Source: a bacterium (GTDB taxonomy: Bacteria; Electryoneota; Electryoneia; Electryoneales; Electryoneaceae). Taken from it: a stretch of DNA of 64,000 bases. The stretch spans positions 480,001 through 544,000 of the forward strand of contig OY769902.1 of the NCBI GenBank assembly GCA_963669175.1, written 5' to 3'. Positions 17,859 through 27,817 of this stretch are shown here, piece after piece (within the stretch, counting starts at the first letter, position 1; each line of letters begins with the position of its first letter). The position numbers and the translations under genes were made by a program. The notes beneath the pieces are model-generated. The model ran no database searches. It saw only the letters and a list, made by a program, of their open reading frames with translations, and was not told the origin of the DNA.

Positions 17859-19505
17859 CTACTTCGGCCATTTTGCCGCAATCGGCATACGGCGTCCGGT
17901 GCCGAACGCCTTGGAAGTGACACGCAGGTTCGGGGCGGCCTGCTGACGTTTGTACTCGTTCAGGTTCACCGTGCGGATCACCCACGCGACCGTATCCGGC
18001 TCGTGTCCGGCAGCGATGATCTGCTGTGAATCCTCACCCGCCTCGAGGTAACGGTGCAGGATATCGTCGAGAACATCGTAGGGGGGCAGGCTGTCTTGGT
18101 CTACCTGGCCCTCCGCCAGCTCCGCGGAAGGCGGTTTCTCGATGATGATGTTCGGGATGACTTCTGTTTCACGGTTGTACCAGCGTGACAGCTCGTAAAC
18201 CGTAGTCTTGGGTAGATCGCTGATCACCGCAAGGCCGCCGTTCATGTCACCGTACAGGGTACAGTACCCCACCGCCAGTTCGCTTTTGTTACCTGTGGTC
18301 AGCAGCAGGGAACCGAACTTGTTGGAATAGGCCATGAGCAGGGTGCCACGAATCCTCGCCTGCAGGTTCTCCTCGGTCACATCCCGCTCTTTCCCGGCAA
18401 AACTGGGAGTCAACGCGGTATTGAACTGCTCGAAAATATCCGCGATAGGAACCTGATCACACACAATCCCCAGGTTCTTCGCCAGATCGAGCGAATCCTG
18501 CACAGAACCGGCGCTGGAAACACGAGAGGGCATGGTAACACCGCGCACATTCTCCGGCCCCAGCGCATCGGCCGCGATGCAGGCGGTCAGGGCGCTGTCG
18601 ATCCCGCCGGACAAGCCAAGCACAGCCGTCTTGAATCCGCATTTACGGAAATAGTCACGCACCCCAAGCACCAGCGCACGTCGCAGCATCTCAATTTCCG
18701 GAACATCGTTAATCACTGTAGATGTTCCCTTAGCCGCTACATCCACAATCTTGACATCCTCTTCGAAAGCGGCAAGACTGCCTATGATTTTACCTTCGCT
18801 GTCCACGGCAAAGCTGATGCCGTCAAACACGAGGTCGTCATTCGCTCCGGTCTGACCGATGAAAACAAACGGGGTGGACCATTTTTGCGCATGGAACGCG
18901 ATTCGCCTGTAGCGTTCATGTTCCTTCCCCCAGTGCCAGGGTGACGCGGACAGGTTGAACTGGATCTCCGCCCCTTCACGCGCCAGGGTCTCTATCGGGT
19001 TAATATCGTAGCGGTGTGTCTTTTCAAATTCCGGATCGTTCCAGGCATCCTCACAAATGGAAATGCCCAGCTTGTGACCGTGGAATTCAACAATATGCCC
19101 CTCATTACCTTCGTCGAAATACCGATCCTCATCGAACACGTCATAGGTCGGCAGCAATTGCTTGTTGACCTGGGCGACGACCTGACCATTCTCCAGCAGC
19201 AGAGCGCTGTTGTACAGGCCACGTCCGAATTCATTCGTATTGCGGGTGATGGTGCCTACCAGCAAGGGGAGATCGGGACGGCTGACGCTGAGTTGCCGCA
19301 CACGCTCGTTGGTCTCCTCAATACGCTTGATGAACCAGTCGAGGGCGAGCAGGTCGCGTGGCGGATACCCCACGAGACACAGTTCCGGTGTCACCAGCAG
19401 GTCTGCCGCGCCGGAGGAAATCCCTGCAATGGCGGTTTCCAAACGCTTCAGGTTGCCGTCAAGGTCACCAACTGTCGGATTCAACTGGGCAATGGCAATT
19501 TTCAT
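17859..19505 (-). CDS. nadE: Glutamine-dependent NAD+ synthetase
   Basis: Nitrilase domain (PEL..GYPP.DL, K.LLP.YDVFDE.RYF, ICED.W) plus LGLSGGIDSA, ENLQARIRG, TGNKSE, PSAEL. Confidence 0.95.
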   Translation of the reverse strand: MKIAIAQLNPTVGDLDGNLKRLETAIAGISSGAADLLVTPELCLVGYPPRDLLALDWFIKRIEETNERVRQLSVSRPDLPLLVGTITRNTNEFGRGLYNSALLLENGQVVAQVNKQLLPTYDVFDEDRYFDEGNEGHIVEFHGHKLGISICEDAWNDPEFEKTHRYDINPIETLAREGAEIQFNLSASPWHWGKEHERYRRIAFHAQKWSTPFVFIGQTGANDDLVFDGISFAVDSEGKIIGSLAAFEEDVKIVDVAAKGTSTVINDVPEIEMLRRALVLGVRDYFRKCGFKTAVLGLSGGIDSALTACIAADALGPENVRGVTMPSRVSSAGSVQDSLDLAKNLGIVCDQVPIADIFEQFNTALTPSFAGKERDVTEENLQARIRGTLLMAYSNKFGSLLLTTGNKSELAVGYCTLYGDMNGGLAVISDLPKTTVYELSRWYNRETEVIPNIIIEKPPSAELAEGQVDQDSLPPYDVLDDILHRYLEAGEDSQQIIAAGHEPDTVAWVIRTVNLNEYKRQQAAPNLRVTSKAFGTGRRMPIAAKWPK

Positions 19506-19539
19506 CCGTCTCTCACTTCGGTTTGCTGGCTTTGCTTAC

Positions 19540-19580
19540 TGTCAGGTCACACGTGTAAACAACACACGCAAGACCTGACA
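19540..19580. repeat. GTCAGGTC-family REP hairpin
   Basis: TGTCAGGTC-ACA-CGTGT...ACACG-CAA-GACCTGACA. Confidence 0.75.
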
Positions 19581-19613
19581 GAACATTGTACTTACCCATA
19601 AATACTCAATAGA

Positions 19614-19897
19614 CTCTCATCCCAGCGAAGGCTGGGATCCAGGCAAGTATCGACAAAATAACAAGTTGGACATATACTCAGCATTCAATGTACCGCGTTT
19701 CTCAAAAACACTTAACCTCTTGTGATATCGCAACATGACTGGATCCCAGCCTTCGCTGGGATGAGAACATCAGTGATTCTAATACAGTCTGCTTTGTTCA
19801 CGGCTGTATTTCGCACCCCGCAAGCTTCACTTCGCTACGGTTCGCTGGGATGAGAGCATCAGTAATTCTGATACAGTCTGCATCGCTGGGATGAGAG
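19614..19897. repeat. REP doublet TCTCATCCCAGCGAAGGCTGGGATCCAG / inverse, plus two partial tandem right-arm copies
   Basis: 28-bp inverted arms at ~19615 and ~19739; TCGCTGGGATGAGA repeated at ~19842 and ~19884. Confidence 0.8.
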
Positions 19898-19956
19898 TGT
19901 CGCTGATTTTCATTCTATCGATTTCGTGCAGGATTGGGAATCATCTTGAAACTATT

Positions 19957-20598
19957 TCACCTCCTGCACAACTCGATCCCCTTGGACGCCATATTGCTCA
20001 ATTGCATGAATATCTTCGGTACAAAGGTATCCCGGTCCGGGGTAATCACCTCAAATCCGACCTCACGCAGGCGGTCCGGAAAATCGAAACCATAGCGGCG
20101 GACATGGTCCTTGATGCCGTACAAACGTACCCGATCTTCATCTGTAATTGCCGACGGATCTTCAAAAGTAACCTGCGTCGTCACCGGAACCGCGATCAGG
20201 GCATACCCGCCGGGTTTCAGCACACGATACAATTCGCTGATCGCCAACCGGTCCTCAACCACATGCTCCAACACATGGCTGCACATCACCATGTCAAAGG
20301 ATGCGTCCGGGAAACGAATATCCCTGATATCCATCTTGATGGCGCCTCGCTCATTATAGAGATCAGCCGTGACATATTCAACGCCCGGAATCTGCCGGAT
20401 GCGAGCCGCAATGGACGGAGCCGGTCCGAATTCGAGGATACGCTTGGGAGCGCCATCCATGAGCGGGCTGCGTTCTTCCAGCAACACCCAAGTATAACGA
20501 TGCCGTTCCAGCGATTTGCATACCGGGCATTTCGCGTTGGCACGTTTCCCCATCGGGGTGAACGCCTGTACCTGGCTGAGACAGATCGGACAGAACAT
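19957..20598 (-). CDS. Class I SAM-dependent methyltransferase (type 11-like) with N-terminal CxxC pairs
   Basis: CPIC..CPVC.SLERHR; ILEFGP; FD.V.CSHVLEHV; RVLKPGG; HVRRYG. Confidence 0.85.
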   Translation of the reverse strand: MFCPICLSQVQAFTPMGKRANAKCPVCKSLERHRYTWVLLEERSPLMDGAPKRILEFGPAPSIAARIRQIPGVEYVTADLYNERGAIKMDIRDIRFPDASFDMVMCSHVLEHVVEDRLAISELYRVLKPGGYALIAVPVTTQVTFEDPSAITDEDRVRLYGIKDHVRRYGFDFPDRLREVGFEVITPDRDTFVPKIFMQLSNMASKGIELCRR

Positions 20599-20606
20599 GA
20601 AGTTTC

Positions 20607-21926
20607 CTATCGGTTAATCCTTGCCGATTCGACTTCCTGCACTAATTGACGAACCTCCGGATGATCCGGCGTGATTTGACGAGCTGCGTCCAAATGTTGC
20701 GCCGCCTGTTCAAACTTGCCACGTGACAGGAAATGACGCGCCATTCGCAACCGTCCCGCCAGATCAGTCTGTATGCTATCATCAACAGTGGTCTCAGACT
20801 GCGTGGCCTTGATACTCAAGTGCGTGGCCCGGGTGTCTGCACCCGGGAACTGCTGTGAACCAGCCTGATGCACCACCCTGAGCGCCGCATCCACCACATT
20901 CGCCGCTGCATTCCCCGTACGATCCGCCAGCAGTTGATCCGCGTAATGTTGCCTTGCCGCAGCGTATTCGCCTGGATTCTGCAGGCTGCGATCAATGGCT
21001 TGTTTTACTTCGTCCAGATCTGTCGTTTCGATTCCGATCTTATCCCGCCAGACATATTCAATATCACGCGGATCGTAGTTGACATAGGTATGCGTGTTGG
21101 GATTATTGAACAGCACTACCGGCTTGTTCAGGGCAATGAATTCCATCATCACGCTCGACACATCGGTGAGCATGACATCGGCCAGCAACATCCATGGCGC
21201 GATATCCTGGTCTTCCACATAAATCACATTGGGAATTTTCGCTCCCAGCTCACGATAGGCCCGCTTGAATTCGGGCAGGGTCGAGCCATGCAACTTGATC
21301 ACCAGGTAACGGTCCGGCCCGGCCAGTTCAGCGACACGCATCCACAACATCGGGATCGCGCTCAGTTCCATGTTGAAGGTCGGCGCGAACAGGATGACCT
21401 TTTTCGAGGCATCCAGCCCGGCCATACGAAACAACTCGGCTCGTTCAATGGCTGCGGAACGAAACAGGCTGTCCAACTTGGGGAATCCGGTCGCTTCTAC
21501 GGGAATCGTTACTTTGCCGCTGGACAACAGGCGTTCACGGTGATACGGTCCCGGCACACAGAGCAGGTCAGAATCATTCTCGCGCTGGATAATATCCCGG
21601 TCGGTGAAATATTGCCCCTTGGACAGAAGGCCGTGACCCACGTTGACAATCTTGCCGCATCCCTTCAGCAACGGGGCGACATTGTCCGCCATGAACGCCA
21701 TTTCCGGACGCCACTGCCGGGGCGCGTCCACGAAAGACACCTGTGCGTAAGCCTTGCGAAACGCCTGTTCTTCTTCCGGGGGAAAACCGGCACGGATATT
21801 CCGGTCATACGGGTAGACGGTGAATGAGCAGTCAAACCCGCCACGCCGCTGAAGTTCCTCCCAGATGGGAAGCAACACCGGAACGTGGACGTTCTTAAAG
21901 AATAACAGGTTTACACGCATGCTCAT
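20607..21926 (-). CDS. CDP-glycerol glycerophosphotransferase (TagF)-family GT-B protein with C-terminal TPR
   Basis: VGHG, TGFPKLD.L, ILFAPTF, IKLHG, ADV.LTD.SSV..EF..L.KPV motifs; TPR-like tail. Confidence 0.8.
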   Translation of the reverse strand: MSMRVNLLFFKNVHVPVLLPIWEELQRRGGFDCSFTVYPYDRNIRAGFPPEEEQAFRKAYAQVSFVDAPRQWRPEMAFMADNVAPLLKGCGKIVNVGHGLLSKGQYFTDRDIIQRENDSDLLCVPGPYHRERLLSSGKVTIPVEATGFPKLDSLFRSAAIERAELFRMAGLDASKKVILFAPTFNMELSAIPMLWMRVAELAGPDRYLVIKLHGSTLPEFKRAYRELGAKIPNVIYVEDQDIAPWMLLADVMLTDVSSVMMEFIALNKPVVLFNNPNTHTYVNYDPRDIEYVWRDKIGIETTDLDEVKQAIDRSLQNPGEYAAARQHYADQLLADRTGNAAANVVDAALRVVHQAGSQQFPGADTRATHLSIKATQSETTVDDSIQTDLAGRLRMARHFLSRGKFEQAAQHLDAARQITPDHPEVRQLVQEVESARINR

Positions 21927-24900
21927 TTCACCGCAGCCTCGTTCAGTTCTTTCACCAGTTGACGTAACCCGGGTGAATCCTCCCCGGCGTCCAACGCTTC
22001 CTGAAGATGATGTTTCGCCTTTTCAAGATTTCCCTTCTGCTGATAATGACGGATGAGGCGTTCACGTTTGCCGTCACCGGCAGCAGATCGAGGAACCTTT
22101 TGACTCACCTTAATTGGCGGATGTGGTTCTGGCTTTACCGTTTGCTTCCATAGCAGAACGTCCAATGTCACCAAGGGTTGTGTATCAAACCGTGGTTCAC
22201 GGTTATCTTGCAAAGCTGTCCTTATCGCCTTCCAACCGGAAGAATCACGTTTCCATGCACCACAACGCCAGTTGACCGTTCCCTTCACTGCCACATGCTG
22301 CCCCTGGAAACTGCCCAATAATACCGGTGGAATGCCTTCCGGATCATTCATCAGGTTTCTGTTCTGATCCACAGGGATCAAGCCCTGGGGCGGTTTTTCT
22401 CCGAGATAACGCGGTACTACTCCCGAAGCTGTATCATCACTGTCCAGATGATTCAACAGGTGAAACAGCCAACGATCAGCGCTGGTAAAATCGTTGTCAT
22501 GGAGAAGGATGTATTCTTCATCCAGCATCTCCAGATCATCCGGCCGGATATAACGATACGGTTCAGGTAAGGGATTATCGGAAGTATTGCCTTCATCGAG
22601 AACATACGGATGAACCCGAGTTTGTGCCATGAACTGCAATTGTTCGAACGACGGCAACCGGTCCGCCGAGTGGAACAACACGGCGACATTCCTGTTCCAA
22701 CCGCTTCCCCGTAATTCAGGATCGCCCTGCACCAGCCGCCACATCTGGTTGACTATACGTTCTGCCGCACGGCCATCCGTGGGAATCTGCAACAGTTCAC
22801 GGTAATATGCTCTTCGTTCCGCATTCGCTTCGGGGTGTTCCAGCGCCGTGTCCACAGCTTGAAGCAGTTCTTCAAGGTCATTCGCCTCGTGCGCCATATC
22901 CCGCCAGGCCCATTCCATGTCCTTGGGATCATAGTTGGCATAATCGGGGGCGTTGGGATTACTGAACAGCGCCACCGGTTTATCCAGCAACATGGCCTCA
23001 AATGCTACCGAGGAGACATCCGAGACCACCACATCCGCGATTGCCAGGTATGGTGTGATGTCGATATCCGTGAGCATGATGATATTGTCGTGTGTTTCCG
23101 CCAGCTTTTCATGATGCTCCCTGAAAGCGGGCATGGTGCCGCCATGCAGCTTGATCAGGAGATAACGGTCTTCGGTTGCGAGATGACGAATCCGCATCCA
23201 GACAATCGGGATAGCGCTCAGGGAAATATTGAAGGTCGGGGCATACAGAATCACCTTTTTCGAGGGATCGAGCTTCATACTGCGAAGTTGTGCTTCCCGC
23301 GAGGGCAACGAGCCATTAAATAGACGATCCAACTTGGAGAACCCGGTGACCTCCACCGGGATGTGAACATTGCCCCCCTGTAAGAGGCGATCACGGTGGT
23401 ACATCCCCGGCACACACAGAAGGTGTTCAAGGTTTTCCCTGCGGGTGAAAGCGGCGTCAGTGAAATACTGCCCTTTGGAAATCAAGCCATGCCCGACATT
23501 GATGATAGAACGGCATTTCGGTAAAAACTGGGCGAAGTTATCCGCCATGAACCCGACATCCGCGTTCAACTGGTCAGCATTGTCATGAACCGGGAAACCA
23601 AGTTGTAACAGCTTTTTCCGTTCCGATGTCTCCGGTGGCGAGACCAGTTCAATGTCGATTCTCGCATCCTGCGCCAGTCTCTTCAGGATAGACATCAGTA
23701 CCGGCACATGCACATTGCGTAGGAACAGGAACACCACTTTCAGCGGTTTCTTGCCATCGCCCTTGTGGTCCGGCCCTTTCACCGGTTCCTGCTGTTTGGG
23801 AGCAGTCGAAGTTGACAATAGTTCGTCATACAATTTCAGTGTAGCTTCGACATCAGATTCTACCGTTCTAGGTTGTTCTGTGTTCTCCGCATATCGTTGC
23901 GCTCGCTGCGGATCATTGGCGATCAAGAGTAATTGCTCCTGTAACGATTCCACCGATTCGCTCTCGAACAGGAGACCATTGACATCATGCTCGACCATCT
24001 CCGGAATACCACCAACTCGTGAACCGATCACCGGGGTACGGTTCATGAAGGCTTCCAGTACGGTTGTCGGGTAGTTGTCCATCCGTGACGGCACCACCGC
24101 CACATCAACCGTAGCATACAGTTCAGGCAATTTCTCCGGTTCATAAGGACCATGCCAGGTCACATTGGGCAAACGGTCTACCACATCCATGACCCGGGCG
24201 CCGTAATCCTGCTCGTAGATCTTCCCGTGTAATTCCAAACGGCAATCCTTCAATCCCGGATGAGCAAACGCCTGCACCAGCAGGTCAACTCCCTTTCGAA
24301 GGATGACCTGTCCGAAGAAACCGAATACTGGCCGGGAACGGCTGGGTTTGGGAACGGGCTCCTGGTATCGGAGTCCGTTGCGATGCACACGCACCCCGGT
24401 CATGCCGTACCGGGCAAACCTGTCCGCGAGGAACTGGCTGGGAGCTACCGCCATGTCCAGCAATTGGAAGGATTGTGACATGACCTGACGTCGCACTGCC
24501 TGGTAATCCGTAGCGAAGGGCATATGTTTCGGATCGAACTCACGCAGGAAACGATTCAGGTAGCAGTTCGCGCATTTTTCCGGTGTCTCCGGTCCACTGC
24601 AAGCACGTTGTTTGTCATCCACCATATGCCAGCTATCGCACAACAACCAGAAATCATGCAACGTCATTAACGTCGGCAACCCGGCATTCTTCAACGCCAG
24701 CAGAACAGAGGCTGACATCTGACCCAGGCCATGCACATGAACCAGGTCATAGCTACGTCCCTGCAACCAGTCGCTGACCACTTTTTCTATATCTTCGTTG
24801 ATGTATTTCTGATGTTCATGGCTGGACGGTTTCGGAAGCTGGAAAACATTCAGGCCTTCAAAGTTGTCCTGCTGAATGGTGTAATGAAGCAATGGCTCGC

Positions 24901-26275
24901 CACGGAACAACGGATACAACACATCGACATGAATATTGTGCGCCGTGAGCTGTTTCGCCATCTGCAAGGCGTAAAGCTGCGCCCCGGCATAGCGGTGTGG
25001 CGGGAAGTCGTGACAGACAAACAAAATTCGCATGTCAGGATTGGATAAACGAGCTGTCGTTGCTTGAACTGCCGTTTTGCCGGTCGCCAGCGGATTGGGG
25101 ATGCTCAAGACACGGTTGACCGCCTCACGATTTATCACCCGTTCCGGCATGACCAGTGACGAATCAGCCGGTTCTGTCTGATCAAGTAACTCTTCACGGT
25201 AAATCGACGGATTACTGCGAATAATCTGGCGCTTGGCCTGGATAAAACGTTCGCTGTTTTCCTGCAAGCCGGCCAGCATGGAATCGTTCTGACGGCGGTA
25301 GAAAAACAGCGGTTCCGGCAACTGTACCGGCCTGTATCCTTTCAGGGATGCCCGAACCCAGAATTCCCAGTCCTCGAAGCCGAGTCGCATCTCTTCATGC
25401 AACCCGCCCAAGTCATCAAACATGGTCTTGCGCACCAGCGAGGTGCAATTGAATTGGTTCCGCTGTACCAGTTCCTGCAGGTTGTACGGCGCAAACGCGA
25501 AAAGGCGGTTGATCTGGCCGAATTGAACCGTCATCCCGGCAATCCAGCCCGCCTCGGGATACTCTTCCGCTGCACTCAAAGTTGATTCAAGAAAAGTCGG
25601 CGCCACCAGGTCATCTGCGTCGAGGAATACCAGAAATTCACCTTTCGCGTGATTCGCCCCGGTGTTGCGTGCGGCGGGAAGCCCACAGTTCTGTTCGTGG
25701 CGCACCAAATGTATCCGATCATACAAGGGAGCTGCCAGTTCTTCGATCCCGGCTCGAGCTGCCATGCTGGAGCCATCATCCACTAACACAATTTCCCAGC
25801 GTGGATCCGTCTGGTTCCGGATGGATTCCAGCGTTTCCTGCAGGTAATCGGTGTTTTCGTAGACCGGGACGATAAAGCTTGCCAGACAGGGTTGGCCGGG
25901 TTGATCTGATACGGATTGCGGTGACTTGAAAATGACGTCCCTCACCCACTCAATAATACGAGGCGCATCCCAGAACGAAGCGAAACAGCGGAAAGTGTTA
26001 GTCCAGTCCGGGGTGCCGAAAGCCTGTTTCCCCAGCGTGAGATAGGCATCTTCACGGATGTTGCGGTAGTTTTCCCCGAGCTGACGTTCGATTTCACGGA
26101 ACAGGCGTACCACTTGAGCGTTGGACGGGTCGGTACGGAGCGCTTCTTCCAGAGACTGAAGCGCACGGTCATGCTGCTGATGTTGCCATGCCTCCTGGAA
26201 TCGCGCCACCAGCATCGCCGCTGCCTCACGTTTTTCCCTGTCCGGAAGAAATCTACTGTCTGCCCTGTTTTCCAC
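21923..26275 (-). CDS. Multidomain glycosyltransferase: TPR + GT2 + GT4 + TagF-like + degenerate domain + TPR (start uncertain, 26275 or 26215)
   Basis: IVPVY..VDDGS..ARN.G..FLDADD..EDWEFW (GT2); TLHDFW, KGVD, PS...P..VLEA..PVIGS.VGG.PE (GT4); VGHG..TGFSKLD..YAPTF (TagF-like); the ORF-track start lies inside a repeat. Confidence 0.85.
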   Translation of the reverse strand: MENRADSRFLPDREKREAAAMLVARFQEAWQHQQHDRALQSLEEALRTDPSNAQVVRLFREIERQLGENYRNIREDAYLTLGKQAFGTPDWTNTFRCFASFWDAPRIIEWVRDVIFKSPQSVSDQPGQPCLASFIVPVYENTDYLQETLESIRNQTDPRWEIVLVDDGSSMAARAGIEELAAPLYDRIHLVRHEQNCGLPAARNTGANHAKGEFLVFLDADDLVAPTFLESTLSAAEEYPEAGWIAGMTVQFGQINRLFAFAPYNLQELVQRNQFNCTSLVRKTMFDDLGGLHEEMRLGFEDWEFWVRASLKGYRPVQLPEPLFFYRRQNDSMLAGLQENSERFIQAKRQIIRSNPSIYREELLDQTEPADSSLVMPERVINREAVNRVLSIPNPLATGKTAVQATTARLSNPDMRILFVCHDFPPHRYAGAQLYALQMAKQLTAHNIHVDVLYPLFRGEPLLHYTIQQDNFEGLNVFQLPKPSSHEHQKYINEDIEKVVSDWLQGRSYDLVHVHGLGQMSASVLLALKNAGLPTLMTLHDFWLLCDSWHMVDDKQRACSGPETPEKCANCYLNRFLREFDPKHMPFATDYQAVRRQVMSQSFQLLDMAVAPSQFLADRFARYGMTGVRVHRNGLRYQEPVPKPSRSRPVFGFFGQVILRKGVDLLVQAFAHPGLKDCRLELHGKIYEQDYGARVMDVVDRLPNVTWHGPYEPEKLPELYATVDVAVVPSRMDNYPTTVLEAFMNRTPVIGSRVGGIPEMVEHDVNGLLFESESVESLQEQLLLIANDPQRAQRYAENTEQPRTVESDVEATLKLYDELLSTSTAPKQQEPVKGPDHKGDGKKPLKVVFLFLRNVHVPVLMSILKRLAQDARIDIELVSPPETSERKKLLQLGFPVHDNADQLNADVGFMADNFAQFLPKCRSIINVGHGLISKGQYFTDAAFTRRENLEHLLCVPGMYHRDRLLQGGNVHIPVEVTGFSKLDRLFNGSLPSREAQLRSMKLDPSKKVILYAPTFNISLSAIPIVWMRIRHLATEDRYLLIKLHGGTMPAFREHHEKLAETHDNIIMLTDIDITPYLAIADVVVSDVSSVAFEAMLLDKPVALFSNPNAPDYANYDPKDMEWAWRDMAHEANDLEELLQAVDTALEHPEANAERRAYYRELLQIPTDGRAAERIVNQMWRLVQGDPELRGSGWNRNVAVLFHSADRLPSFEQLQFMAQTRVHPYVLDEGNTSDNPLPEPYRYIRPDDLEMLDEEYILLHDNDFTSADRWLFHLLNHLDSDDTASGVVPRYLGEKPPQGLIPVDQNRNLMNDPEGIPPVLLGSFQGQHVAVKGTVNWRCGAWKRDSSGWKAIRTALQDNREPRFDTQPLVTLDVLLWKQTVKPEPHPPIKVSQKVPRSAAGDGKRERLIRHYQQKGNLEKAKHHLQEALDAGEDSPGLRQLVKELNEAAVK

Positions 26276-26330
26276 TCCAACACCTTGTAAAACACTTTTT
26301 TGAATGACTGTCCAAAGATCCAATACTTCT

Positions 26331-26549
26331 TGTTTCACGCAAAGACGCAAAGGCGCAAAGAAAAGAATTAGCAGGATAATAGGATAATAGGATAACTGAA
26401 GGATAATAAAACATAAAGCATTGAAAAAAATAACATTAAAATTCTTTTTGTTTTATCTTTGCCATCCTTATTATCCTGTCTATCTTGTAAATTCAATAAA
26501 TCTTATCCTTGATATCCTTCTATCCTATCATCCTGTGAAACCTGTGAGT
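26331..26549 (-). repeat. Composite intergenic element (CAGGAT)n...(ATCCT)n-(CTTTGCG)3-TGAAACA, copy 1
   Basis: On - strand: CTCACAGG..CACAGGATGATAGGATAGAAGGAT...ATCCTTCAGTTATCCTATTATCCT...CTTTGCGCCTTTGCGTCTTTGCGTGAAACA. Confidence 0.85.
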
Positions 26550-26551
26550 AA

Positions 26552-27259
26552 TTAGAATTCGTACTTGAAGAAATCGATGTCCACCGCGTAGCGTTGACGC
26601 ACCAGTTCGCGTGTTTCTTCGTTGTACCATGTCCGGTAATCATGCGGATCACGTTGTTTCAGGCTCGCCGTATCCCCGGTCCAGCCATCACGTGTGTTCA
26701 ATACCGGCAATTCCAGTGATCCCAATCCCAGTTGCCGGGTGATCTTCCGGAAATCATCTTCCAGGTTCTCCACCTTGCCGATATAGTCCACCAGAACCTG
26801 CCCCTTTTCATCGATCAGGAATAGGTGCTGGCTGGCCCAGTGACGATCTGCATGGGAGTCTGAACCCTGCGGATGTTCCACCAGGAAGTGCACGAACTCC
26901 TCGAATCCCATGCCATCACGTAACCCAGGATACCGCTCGGCGAACATCAGCTTCACCTTTTCACGGGTGGTTTTGATCTTGTTCTGATAAGTTGAAACCA
27001 CTCGTGACCACGGATTGCGCACAAAGGTGAACTTGAAATAGTCACGGACACGCGGATCCGCCTGGAGAATAAAACGCAATTCCTCGTTCACCTGGCGAGC
27101 GCCGAAATCCATCGGTGGTTCACGATACAACAGGGTCAGGATACTGCGTGTCGCGGACTTGGGCACCCCCACCCAGATGAAACGGTACTTGTCCGAAACC
27201 AGCTTTTCACTCTTCAGGTCCGGTATGGCATGAACGATATCGGTCACGTCAATCTCCAA
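26552..27259 (-). CDS. Sulfotransferase family 2 protein
   Basis: 5'-PSB VPKSATRS; 3'-PB FTFVRNPWSRVVS; HW.SQ; DYIGK.ENL..DF; Y..D...F.Y; start (TTG) approximate. Confidence 0.85.
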   Translation of the reverse strand: MEIDVTDIVHAIPDLKSEKLVSDKYRFIWVGVPKSATRSILTLLYREPPMDFGARQVNEELRFILQADPRVRDYFKFTFVRNPWSRVVSTYQNKIKTTREKVKLMFAERYPGLRDGMGFEEFVHFLVEHPQGSDSHADRHWASQHLFLIDEKGQVLVDYIGKVENLEDDFRKITRQLGLGSLELPVLNTRDGWTGDTASLKQRDPHDYRTWYNEETRELVRQRYAVDIDFFKYEF

Positions 27260-27311
27260 TGTTACTCTCAAAGCGTGCTGTTTCCAGCGAAAAGAAAGAA
27301 TAATACCCAAT

Positions 27312-27483
27312 TTGGCCCCGCCGGCTTGTCCGGCGGCGGTCTATTTTAATTAGATCAAAGGATTATTCCTTCAGTAGTAAGTCGTATACATTTATCATTC
27401 TCAATAGATTCCAAAACAGCTGAAGGAATATCTTCTTCACTTTATTTAGAATAGACCGCAGCCGGACAAGCCGGCGGGGCCAA
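27312..27483. repeat. REPIN-like inverted pair TTGGCCCCG.CCGGCTTGTCCGGCGG.GGTCTATT with AT-rich spacer
   Basis: ~40-bp inverted arms; related copies at 30552-30791, 44010-44178 and 57151-57222. Confidence 0.85.
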
Positions 27484-27514
27484 TAGTATCGTCAGTATAG
27501 TATCGTCAGTTCTG

Positions 27515-27603
27515 TATCCTTGCCATCCTTATTATCCTGTCCATCCTGTAAATTCAGTCAAGTCTTATCCTTGATATCCTTCTATCCTATTATCCTGTGA
27601 GTC
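27515..27603 (-). repeat. 5' half of the composite AGGAT element; direct repeat of ~26455-26540
   Basis: TGCCATCCTTATTATCCTGT..ATC.TGTAAATTCA...TCTTATCCTTGATATCCTTCTATCCTAT.ATCCTGTGA shared. Confidence 0.85.
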
Positions 27604-27606
27604 TAA

Positions 27607-27799
27607 TCAGGCACCCATGTACTTCTGTTTGAATGCCGCGATTTGATCATCCCGGTCCGCATCAGCAGGAAATCGATCACATCGGTTTTCAGCTTGATCC
27701 CACCTTCCCCATCTGGTAGATGAGCACTGGACCACATTGAGTGGATTTTTCCTGCTGTTCGACAGTTGCTGCTTTTGCTTGTGCCATCGCTTCACTCAT
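27607..27799 (-). pseudogene. Internally deleted remnant of an NKWYS-type (sulfotransferase-like) capsular polysaccharide synthesis protein
   Basis: Hand translation from ATG 27799 gives MSEAMAQAKAATVEQQEKSTQCGPVLIYQMGKVGSS*; another frame ends DDQIAAFKQKYMGA*; both resemble the ends of that family. Confidence 0.6.
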
Positions 27800-27817
27800 G
27801 TATCTTGCATCCCCTCG

